A stretch of DNA of 20,000 nucleotides. It comes from an uncultured virus (IMG/VR IMGVR_UViG_3300002349_000003). Its lineage: Duplodnaviria; Heunggongvirae; Uroviricota; Caudoviricetes. The position numbers and the translations under genes were made by a program. Where the stretch lies: IMG/VR virus record IMGVR_UViG_3300002349_000003; one strand, given 5' to 3'. Every line of letters starts with the position of its first letter. The first letter of the stretch is position 1. The notes beneath the pieces are model-generated. The model did no database searches, was not told the DNA's origin, and saw only the letters and a program-made list of their open reading frames with translations. Below, in pieces: positions 7,817 through 15,149 of this stretch.

Positions 7817-7845
7817 TTGTACTTTAATACGGTTCTTGATATAAT
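7817..7845 (+). promoter_or_regulatory. Repeated early promoter cassette
   Basis: TTGTAC-17-TATAAT; 31/32 nt identical to the copy at 8788-8819. Confidence 0.85.
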
Positions 7846-7878
7846 AGAATCTATACCACAACTTACTAAAGTAATCAA

Positions 7879-8784
7879 ATGAAAACATTTTACGAATATC
7901 TAACAGAATCTCCGCAAATACCGTCTAATTTTGCTCTCACATTAGATTCACTTACTCCAAAGAATAAGGATAAATTTGATGCGGCATTAATTACTCTTAA
8001 AGCCGCTATGGAACAAGGAAGCATACGTAAAACAGATTTAGATAATATCAAATCTGTTTTCAATAATTCATGCGAGGCTACTTGGGAAAAACATTACCAA
8101 TATGCTTATCTTAACCAACCTCGCGATGTTAGAGATGCTGCTCCTCATGCTAAAGAAGAGGAAGACATTTATTATAAAGCCAAAAATTTTAGAAATATGG
8201 ATGGCATTATCAAGAAATATTCTAAATTTGCAAATACGTCTCAATTGATAGGATATGCTATTAGAATTGCCTCTGAGTATGCTTCACTTAAAGATATAAT
8301 GGATCATTTGGCAACTAATATTGTTAAAGGCAAAGCTCCTTCATTAAACATTAAGCCTATTAATCCTAATCAAGTAAGAGGAACTTGTGGGTGGTGTTTA
8401 CGTGATATTGCTATTGATAAAAGTGGTCTAATGTCTCACCATGGGTTTACAAGACCTGGAGTCGGATATCAAACACAATCATGCGCTGGTGTAAATTATA
8501 AAAATTTAGAAGTATCTCGAGATGGATTGAAAGCCAGAATTAAAGTCACTGAACAAGAAAAGTCTAATTTAGAATCTCGTTCGAAAGACCTGCCGAAAGT
8601 TATAACTCTTAATGTACGAAAAACAGGAAGTCGCGATATCATTACCATAGGAAAAGAAGATCCTAATTGGTCAAAAGCATATCACTCAACTGAAGTAAAT
8701 CTCGAATCTGAGATTCGCAGTATAACTAAAGAACTTGAGCAATTAAATCAAACGTTGATAAAGTGGGAAATAAAAACAAAATAA
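7879..8784 (+). CDS. putative virion-packaged protein with Zn-binding C-terminal domain
   Basis: MKTFYEYLTE N-terminus; GTCGWC...HHGF...SCAG metal-binding pattern followed by a coiled coil. Confidence 0.65.
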   Translation: MKTFYEYLTESPQIPSNFALTLDSLTPKNKDKFDAALITLKAAMEQGSIRKTDLDNIKSVFNNSCEATWEKHYQYAYLNQPRDVRDAAPHAKEEEDIYYKAKNFRNMDGIIKKYSKFANTSQLIGYAIRIASEYASLKDIMDHLATNIVKGKAPSLNIKPINPNQVRGTCGWCLRDIAIDKSGLMSHHGFTRPGVGYQTQSCAGVNYKNLEVSRDGLKARIKVTEQEKSNLESRSKDLPKVITLNVRKTGSRDIITIGKEDPNWSKAYHSTEVNLESEIRSITKELEQLNQTLIKWEIKTK

Positions 8785-8786
8785 TA

Positions 8787-8828
8787 GTGTACTTTAATAT
8801 GGTTCTTGATATAATAGAACCATATTAA
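8787..8828 (+). promoter_or_regulatory. Repeated early promoter cassette with palindrome around the -10 box
   Basis: GTGTAC-17-TATAAT; TTAATATGGTTCT/AGAACCATATTAA 13-bp inverted repeat encloses TGATATAAT. Confidence 0.85.
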
Positions 8829-8846
8829 CTTACCGAGGATTTTATC

Positions 8847-9056
8847 ATGGCTACTAAATTATTCAAAGTTTCTAAAGAAGGTTCAATAACTATCAAACTG
8901 ACAAACTTGGAAACTAATCAAACTCTTTCTATCATTGTTGATGTTGAAGGAAATGACCCAATTGCTACAATAATCAGAGAATCATATTTCTTCAAAAAAG
9001 CTAAAGGATATAAATATGATGATTCTTCAGCAATATTAACCGTAAATTACAAATAA
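8847..9056 (+). CDS. hypothetical protein
   Basis: GAGGA RBS, first gene after the promoter. Confidence 0.75.
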   Translation: MATKLFKVSKEGSITIKLTNLETNQTLSIIVDVEGNDPIATIIRESYFFKKAKGYKYDDSSAILTVNYK

Positions 9057-9067
9057 GGAAACCAAAA

Positions 9068-9602
9068 ATGTTAAATTTTAAAGAATTTAAAGAACAACTA
9101 AATGAAGCAGAATTTACGCCAGATATGAAAGAATCTGTTAAATTAAGTCCGGCTGAAAAGGGCATATTAACTACAGTATTTGATGATAATAATCACAAAG
9201 GTGACGATGACATTCTGTCTGAATTGGAACATGCGATTGATCATCATGATATGGCTTCAGGCAAAAACAATATCCAAAAATTAGCACATGACTTCTTAAA
9301 AGACATTACTAAAAAAAAAATTAAAAGAAGCTAAACTTCATAAAGTCGTTTATCACGACACATATTCTTCTGCGGTCCAGCATGCTATGAAACATGCTGA
9401 AGATAAAGGATATGATATTGATGCTAGAGATTGGCAACAACATGTAGGAGATGGTCCAGGTAAACCATCTGACGGAAAGACTACTAGACATAGTATCCCA
9501 TTATCCAAGAATGGTAAACCATCCAAAAAGACTTTAAACATTCAAGTGTACAATCGTGGAACTGATAATAATTCATACGAATTGAATCATTACATTAGTT
9601 AA
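9068..9602 (+). CDS. putative internal head protein, split by a frameshift in an A10 run (9068..9334 + 9321..9602)
   Basis: MLNFKEFKEQLNE N-terminus; removing one A from 9311-9320 gives a continuous 177 aa ORF (...DITKKKLKEAKLHKVVYHDTYSSAVQHAMKHAEDKGY...). Confidence 0.6.
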
Positions 9603-9918
9603 TGGTCTCAGTCAATTCCGTATAAAATTCTGCTAGTAATTGCAATTCTCTTAGAGTTGCATCTCTCTTAAGACTATTCGCGCGATTGGATATGACCACT
9701 AGATTTCCTGGTACATATCCAATCGTGTTGTTTATTCTGTCAATCGAATAACTATCATCTCCTGCACATCCCTTATTCCATTTTAGTCTTATTCCTAAAA
9801 TGGGACATGTCAACGGAAAAGACAAATCACACAGATCAGTCTTTGTTATAGTAAACTCTATTCCTCTAGATTTTGCTGACGATTTCAATTGTGAATATAA
9901 TACTGATATTGGTTTCAT
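9595..9918 (-). CDS. HNH/His-Me finger-like endonuclease
   Basis: SAKSRGIEF.I, CPILG and SIDRINNTIGYVPGNLVVISNRANSLK motifs. Confidence 0.75.
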   Translation of the reverse strand: MKPISVLYSQLKSSAKSRGIEFTITKTDLCDLSFPLTCPILGIRLKWNKGCAGDDSYSIDRINNTIGYVPGNLVVISNRANSLKRDATLRELQLLAEFYTELTETIN

Positions 9919-9920
9919 GT

Positions 9921-9949
9921 GTGTACTTATATTAAAATTGTGATATAAT
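9921..9949 (+). promoter_or_regulatory. Repeated early promoter cassette
   Basis: GTGTAC-17-TATAAT then AGACT; overlaps TATAAGTA on the minus strand (9924-9931). Confidence 0.85.
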
Positions 9950-9975
9950 AGACTTTTATAATTAAGGAGTCTATC

Positions 9976-10521
9976 ATGAACGTTTTCTATCTATCAAAAA
10001 ATCAAACCGAATGCGCTCAACAGCATGTTGACCGACATGTCGTCAAAATGATTCTCGAATATTCCCAATTGCTATCTACTGCCCATCGAGTTTTAGATGG
10101 TATAGAAACTGCAGGATTTTCTGAATCGGGCCGTAAGAAAAAAGTCTGGAAACTTAACAGTTCATACGATAGTATTTTATACTCCGCAACTCATATAAAC
10201 CATCCATCAGCAATTTGGGCTCGGCACGGATTCGAGAATTATCAATGGCTCCATTCTTTGCTTGTAGAATTATGCAAAGAATATACTTATCGGTATGGTA
10301 AAATTCATAAATGCGAGGCAACTGGTTTAGTTGATAAATTGCAATATGCTCCATTTAATATTTCAACAAAACCTTTTACCGAACCAACTCCTGCAATGCC
10401 TGACGAATTTAAGGTCCCAGGCAACTCCGTTTTATCATATCAACAATACTATAATGGATCCAAAACCAGGTTACACAGCTGGAAACTTCGTGATATTCCT
10501 GAATTTATTAATCAAAAATAA
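9976..10521 (+). CDS. pyrimidine dimer DNA glycosylase / endonuclease V (DenV-like) family
   Basis: MNVFYL...A..H.DRHVVKMILEY.QLLSTAH, TH.NHPSAIW, EYTYRYGKIH and PAMPD motifs. Confidence 0.85.
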   Translation: MNVFYLSKNQTECAQQHVDRHVVKMILEYSQLLSTAHRVLDGIETAGFSESGRKKKVWKLNSSYDSILYSATHINHPSAIWARHGFENYQWLHSLLVELCKEYTYRYGKIHKCEATGLVDKLQYAPFNISTKPFTEPTPAMPDEFKVPGNSVLSYQQYYNGSKTRLHSWKLRDIPEFINQK

Positions 10522-10533
10522 TTGCATTCTTTT

Positions 10534-10562
10534 GTGTACTTTTATGGTATGTTTGATATAAT
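10534..10562 (+). promoter_or_regulatory. Repeated early promoter cassette
   Basis: GTGTAC-17-TATAAT; flanks nearly identical to the copy at 17614-17666. Confidence 0.85.
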
Positions 10563-10606
10563 AGACTCAGATTAACAATTATTGAATTTTGAATAGGAAT
10601 TAAATT

Positions 10607-10912
10607 ATGAGTAAAGAAATTGCGGCGCAAATCATAGTCCAAGCAGATAAACTTGGTTGGACTATAAGCATTCACAGAACGATTCTAGTCATTTCAAAGC
10701 ATATTGAACCTGATAATACTGACGAATTTGTAAAGGCAGATTCTGAATACCATTCAATTCTCAGTTTATTACCATGTACTTATCCAGGACGTACATGGGG
10801 TACGGATGGTAGCGGTATAGGTGCATTATCGGCAATCAGAAATGGATTGTTTGTAATGAATAAATCTGGTGGTTCAAAACGTGTACTTAATGCATTACAA
10901 AAATTAATTTAG
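10607..10912 (+). CDS. hypothetical protein
   Basis: AGGA RBS; WGTDGSGIG motif. Confidence 0.75.
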   Translation: MSKEIAAQIIVQADKLGWTISIHRTILVISKHIEPDNTDEFVKADSEYHSILSLLPCTYPGRTWGTDGSGIGALSAIRNGLFVMNKSGGSKRVLNALQKLI

Positions 10913-10922
10913 GAGAATAGAA

Positions 10923-11117
10923 ATGACTGGTGTAATTTTAACTATGATGATGTACTTTAATGTTGATCAGATTTCTCATGGGACTCCTGAAGTTACCACG
11001 ATGACATTCGATACTTATGCGGAATGTGAGTTTTATATTGAACAACATACTCCTGAAATCCAAAAAGAACTGGAAGATGGGTTACTTGGCTATTCTATGA
11101 AATGTGAGGTGTTATAA
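10923..11117 (+). CDS. small exported or membrane-anchored protein
   Basis: AGGAG RBS; hydrophobic N-terminus, F.T...CE motif and C-terminal Cys. Confidence 0.65.
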   Translation: MTGVILTMMMYFNVDQISHGTPEVTTMTFDTYAECEFYIEQHTPEIQKELEDGLLGYSMKCEVL

Positions 11118-11899
11118 TGAGCACAAATTCAACTATCGCGATCCAAAATCTTGACGGTACCATTCATCAAATCTATTGCCATTGGGATGGTTATGTTGAA
11201 CATAATGGTCGAATCCTAAAAGAATATTATAATACACCAGCAAAAGTAAAACAATTAGTATCATTTGGTGGCCTGTCGTCCTTGGGTATTCGTTGTGAAC
11301 CAACCAAAGGCACTGAACATACTTTTGCTTTTCCAGAAAAGGACACCTGTGTTTATTATGGCCGTGACCGCGGCGAAAAACATACTAAAGTTAAAATCTG
11401 GGACAACTTTGATTTTTACAGATACAGATACCAACGTGAAGAATATAATTACTTATTTGTTGAAGAAGAATGCAAATGGTACCTTATTGGATCTGATGGA
11501 TGTATATCTGAATTCCTAGAAGAACTTGATAATATTGCAATAGAAAAAGAGGAAATTATGATACATGCAGCAGTGGCTTATGCCAAAACTAAAGAAGTAG
11601 AAACTGACCTTAACAAGATCAAACAAACGGAAATCACCAAAGCTCTTCAAGAAATTCAAGTATTGATAAATGATGCTATTAAGAATGGAAAATACACAAT
11701 TTCTTTTAACAAAGTTGATGGGTTATCTGACCAGACGTTCAATAAGATTGCTGGAATTCTAGTAACTACACTGAAGGAATATGGTTATGTAGCAAACTGT
11801 ATTGCTAGTAGGTCACCAGATATGGCAGCATATGCAAGTTCTGGAATACGTTTTTATACTAACAATGCTGTAATTACTATCAGTTGGGAGAATGCGTAA
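11117..11899 (+). CDS. phage protein of the YCHWDGY type, with fused C-terminal region
   Basis: MST.S.I...IYCHWDGY..HNG.IL and YGRDRGE motifs; internal GAGGA-ATG at 11549-11560. Confidence 0.7.
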   Translation: MSTNSTIAIQNLDGTIHQIYCHWDGYVEHNGRILKEYYNTPAKVKQLVSFGGLSSLGIRCEPTKGTEHTFAFPEKDTCVYYGRDRGEKHTKVKIWDNFDFYRYRYQREEYNYLFVEEECKWYLIGSDGCISEFLEELDNIAIEKEEIMIHAAVAYAKTKEVETDLNKIKQTEITKALQEIQVLINDAIKNGKYTISFNKVDGLSDQTFNKIAGILVTTLKEYGYVANCIASRSPDMAAYASSGIRFYTNNAVITISWENA

Positions 11900-12006
11900 T
11901 GATTGATATTGGACCAAACTTGTTTGAATTACTATCAACAATAGTACACACCATTGGGGTAGTATTTGTGGTGTTTCTAATAATGAATGCTTATAACAAA
12001 ATTTGA
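11899..12006 (+). CDS. small membrane peptide (not in ORF track)
   Basis: MIDIGPNLFELLSTIVHTIGVVFVVFLIMNAYNKI; GGAG RBS, TAATG coupling. Confidence 0.6.
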   Translation: MIDIGPNLFELLSTIVHTIGVVFVVFLIMNAYNKI

Positions 12007-12020
12007 AGAGGAATTATAAA

Positions 12021-12467
12021 ATGTTAAAGAGTAACCCGATTATACAAGAACATCAATTACAAGAAGGCGTTTATCTAAGCGATTATTCGTTTCAGTTACA
12101 TGCACTCGAGCGTTCTAAATCATATATAAGCAATTATTCGTCTCGGTTACATGCACTCGAGCATTCTAAATCATATATTAGAGATCCTGAATTTTTAACA
12201 AATAGTTTTGCATGGTATTATGGCGTATGTGATGGAATTGAAAATTTACTTGAAGTCATCCCAGAACTGTTATCGCCTGACCGCGAATTTGTAGTGTTAT
12301 TACATAGAATCAGTAAATCTAATCAACCTAGATATGAAGGTTGGAGATGGCACAAATGGGGCGACTATATTGGTACACAAACTCCTACTACTGAATACAT
12401 TTATGACGAACCAATAATCGATTTAGTTTACTGCTACCATATCTACGAGACAATCAGTGAAAACTAA
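12021..12467 (+). CDS. hypothetical protein with internal 17-aa duplication
   Basis: GAGGA RBS then ATG 12021; YGVCD and GWRWHKWGDYIG motifs. Confidence 0.75.
   Translation: MLKSNPIIQEHQLQEGVYLSDYSFQLHALERSKSYISNYSSRLHALEHSKSYIRDPEFLTNSFAWYYGVCDGIENLLEVIPELLSPDREFVVLLHRISKSNQPRYEGWRWHKWGDYIGTQTPTTEYIYDEPIIDLVYCYHIYETISEN
12076..12178 (+). repeat. 51-bp tandem duplication (4 mismatches)
   Basis: SDYSFQLHALERSKSYI / SNYSSRLHALEHSKSYI. Confidence 0.9.
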
Positions 12468-12678
12468 AATCCTAATCATGATGTTGGTGTCATTACCCGT
12501 AAAGGCTAATTGCATCAACATCGTTAATCTTATGGAACAATGCTACACAAAGCAATACCTTGATAGTATTGCTAGTCAAAAGAAGTTCTTCAAGACTCAT
12601 AAGAAATGCTCTCCCATGAAGTATGTTAAACTAAATGAGCAATGCCATAAAGGCAAACCTAAGAAGGCAAAGAAATGA
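12457..12678 (+). CDS. small secreted Cys-containing protein
   Basis: Signal-peptide-like MKTKILIMMLVSLPVKA, four Cys, basic tail. Confidence 0.55.
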   Translation: MKTKILIMMLVSLPVKANCINIVNLMEQCYTKQYLDSIASQKKFFKTHKKCSPMKYVKLNEQCHKGKPKKAKK

Positions 12679-13184
12679 TTAAGACCATTCTGATAGTATC
12701 ATCGATGATGGCTCCTAGTACTCAAATCTATACAAGTACAGGAACTGCCAAGTTTGTTAATCATTCATACCAAATGGTTACTACCAAACCGAAGGTTACT
12801 CCTAAAGATATTGACCGTTATATCCATAATGCTTCATTGAAGTATCAGGTGGACGAAAAGCTGGTTCGTGCTGTAATCAAAACTGAAAGCACTTATCGAA
12901 CCAAGGCTGTTAGTAAGAAAGGTGCAGTAGGATTGATGCAACTGATGCCTGCTACTGCAGAACGGTTTGGTGTATCAGATCGTACCAATGTCAAAGAGAA
13001 CATTTATGGTGGTGTACGGTTCCTTAGATTCTTATTGGATACCTTTGATGGTAATAAGAAACTAGCATTAGCAGGATATAATGCAGGAGAGAATGCTGTG
13101 ATTAGACACCACAGAAAGATTCCAAATTATCCAGAAACAATCAATTATGTAACATTGGTACTAACCGAATATAAGAAGGGCTAA
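12675..13184 (+). CDS. lytic transglycosylase (SLT family)
   Basis: AVIKTES, AVS.KGA.GLMQLMP.TA, NIYGG, ALAGYNAG and ET.NYV motifs. Confidence 0.93.
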   Translation: MIKTILIVSSMMAPSTQIYTSTGTAKFVNHSYQMVTTKPKVTPKDIDRYIHNASLKYQVDEKLVRAVIKTESTYRTKAVSKKGAVGLMQLMPATAERFGVSDRTNVKENIYGGVRFLRFLLDTFDGNKKLALAGYNAGENAVIRHHRKIPNYPETINYVTLVLTEYKKG

Positions 13185-13191
13185 AATAAAT

Positions 13192-13231
13192 GTGTATAAT
13201 TGGTACTAATGTGTTATAATAATACCAATTA
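13192..13231 (+). promoter_or_regulatory. early promoter cassette with inverted repeat
   Basis: GTGTAT-17-TATAAT(13215-13220); TAATTGGTA/TACCAATTA 9-bp inverted repeat encloses the -10 box. Confidence 0.75.
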
Positions 13232-13255
13232 AACAAACTGATGAGGAATTTTGAA

Positions 13256-13660
13256 ATGAAACACAATGCTCTATTCAAACTGGTTGAAGAAATAGAAAAA
13301 CCAACCAAAGCATCTGAAATGATGGAATACTCTAATTCTTATTACAGACAGATGAATCCTAATGAATGGAATATCCCATTTGCTGATAAGGATATTCAAT
13401 ATGTAAAACTTTTCGAGTTTTTGGATTGTACTGATAGAGAAAAAGACATCATGTTTATTTCCAATTTCTTCCATTCTGCCTATGTTACTTTGCATGTAAC
13501 GATTCTTGCTTTAGGTGAACGACCAAGTCCTGGTTCACTTATCGATTTAAAAAGAACATTTGATACACTACAAAGATTAGATGCAATAGAAACATTGCTG
13601 AATGGTAAGATTACAATTGAAGAATTTAACGATATTATTAGAGGTATGACAGATGACTGA
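13256..13660 (+). CDS. hypothetical protein
   Basis: GAGGA RBS at 13243-13247, ATG 13256. Confidence 0.7.
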   Translation: MKHNALFKLVEEIEKPTKASEMMEYSNSYYRQMNPNEWNIPFADKDIQYVKLFEFLDCTDREKDIMFISNFFHSAYVTLHVTILALGERPSPGSLIDLKRTFDTLQRLDAIETLLNGKITIEEFNDIIRGMTDD

Positions 13661-13927
13661 AATCACGCATGACGAATTTATAGAAAAATATGCTGATGTT
13701 AGAATGACATTCAGTAGTTATTACAAATACTGTTTTACTTACATTGGTCAAACGGATGATGGAGTAAAAGTGTCAGCAAGATACGGTGGAGATGCTAACC
13801 AAGTAACATATATTCTTCGGATGCTGGACATAACTTCTTACTAGGTGAAACTGCAATGTCTTTTAAATGTGGTGTATCTAAACGAATAGATACAAATGAA
13901 GAACTTTTTGATTTTTATGATTTTTAA
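13653..13927 (+). pseudogene. hypothetical protein, apparently frameshifted near 13808-13813
   Basis: ORF 13653..13844; an alternative frame YSSDAGHNFLLGETAMSFKCG...FDFYDF runs to TAA 13927 and fills the gap to the next RBS. Confidence 0.5.
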
Positions 13928-13942
13928 TGGAGATTTGATACA

Positions 13943-14467
13943 ATGAACTTGAAATACTTAGCCTTAACCATATCATTATTATTGACTGCTTGTGGTGAAT
14001 CTGAACAAGAACGCCAACAGAAGATTATTAATCAGCAACAGCAACAACTCCGTGAACAGCAACAGATGTTCCAACAGATTCCTCAGGCACAAGTTCAACC
14101 TCAGGTAATCCAACAACCTACTGCTCCTGTAGTTGTCCAATCTGCTCCTCAGCATGACAATACACTAATGAATATGGCTACAGGAGCTTTGATTGGTCAT
14201 GCTTTAACCAGTGGTTTGAGTGGTAACACTAACCACAGCAATAATGATACTCATATTATTGAACGTAAAACGGTAATCATAAACAATCCTGCTCCTGTAC
14301 AGTCTACTGCGGCACCAGTTCAACCTGTAGTTACTCCTGTACAACCTAAACCATCATCTATGGATATGAATAAATTATCAGGAGCTTCTAGTTTTTCAAC
14401 AAGACCACCAACCACAATTAGACCAAGTTCGAGTATGAATATGTCTAAACTATCATCTAAGAGGTAA
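13943..14467 (+). CDS. lipoprotein with Q/P-rich low-complexity regions
   Basis: Lipobox LLTA-C after a hydrophobic signal; GGAG RBS; MATGALIGHAL glycine-zipper-like segment. Confidence 0.8.
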   Translation: MNLKYLALTISLLLTACGESEQERQQKIINQQQQQLREQQQMFQQIPQAQVQPQVIQQPTAPVVVQSAPQHDNTLMNMATGALIGHALTSGLSGNTNHSNNDTHIIERKTVIINNPAPVQSTAAPVQPVVTPVQPKPSSMDMNKLSGASSFSTRPPTTIRPSSSMNMSKLSSKR

Positions 14468-14468
14468 T

Positions 14469-14558
14469 ATGTTAGAATTTTTTCCTGTAGTAATAATCGC
14501 TGTCGCCTTCTACCTTATCCCGTGCTGGATCAAAACTTTTGGAGAATCTTGTGCATAG
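14469..14558 (+). CDS. small membrane peptide (not in ORF track)
   Basis: GAGG RBS; MLEFFPVVIIAVAFYLIPCWIKTFGESCA. Confidence 0.5.
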   Translation: MLEFFPVVIIAVAFYLIPCWIKTFGESCA

Positions 14559-14748
14559 TTACCTATTATACTTCTTTTTATGGAATACTTCTGCTGGAAT
14601 TGGTCAATCAATAGAACCACAAGTCTTTGCTACAAGAGAATCTTGTGAGTATGCCGCACATTTGATTGTTCCCGATTTGAAATCTAAAATGCCAGGGTTT
14701 TCAATCCAATCCTATTGTGTTCCTCAAGATATAAAGGAATCCAAATGA
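14551..14748 (+). CDS. small exported or membrane-anchored protein
   Basis: GGAG RBS at 14541, GTG start 14551; F.T..SCE motif and C-terminal Cys. Confidence 0.6.
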   Translation: MHSYLLYFFLWNTSAGIGQSIEPQVFATRESCEYAAHLIVPDLKSKMPGFSIQSYCVPQDIKESK

Positions 14749-14924
14749 ATATATTTGCAGCCTTAACAGTACTGTTTGTTGGACTTAAATTAACCCATTA
14801 TATCGATTGGTCATGGTGGTTGATATGCTTACCAATACTTGCACCTATCGGGTTATCCATACTAATATTAGTCATTGTCGTAATAGCTGATAGAGTTATG
14901 ACAATAATGCACAACAGGAAATAA
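14745..14924 (+). CDS. small membrane protein
   Basis: AAGGA RBS; LTVLFVGLKLTHYIDWSWWLI..P pattern. Confidence 0.75.
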   Translation: MNIFAALTVLFVGLKLTHYIDWSWWLICLPILAPIGLSILILVIVVIADRVMTIMHNRK

Positions 14925-14925
14925 C

Positions 14926-15144
14926 ATGAGATCAATGAGACCAGAAGATTTATCATTCCTAGATTATATGTCTGTAGTAATGATAACTATTGTTACAATT
15001 TACACTATTGGATATTTCCTAGCAAGTATCTTATTGACGCTTGAAAAGAGATTTCCAGGAACCATTCTTAGAGGACTCTTAATCATCATTGGTATAATAT
15101 CATTGAATGGTGCTTGGGTAATCTTTGAACATTATAATGGATAA
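14926..15144 (+). CDS. small membrane protein (2 TM)
   Basis: AGGA RBS, two hydrophobic stretches. Confidence 0.65.
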   Translation: MRSMRPEDLSFLDYMSVVMITIVTIYTIGYFLASILLTLEKRFPGTILRGLLIIIGIISLNGAWVIFEHYNG

Positions 15145-15149
15145 CACTT

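Noticed and set aside
9048..9055. TACAAATA as a late promoter for 9068
   Set aside because: One mismatch from consensus in very AT-rich DNA and overlapping a stop codon; not distinguishable from chance
12076..12178. Repeat pair as a diversity-generating retroelement TR/VR
   Set aside because: The copies are adjacent, the differences are not confined to adenines of one copy, and no reverse transcriptase is visible
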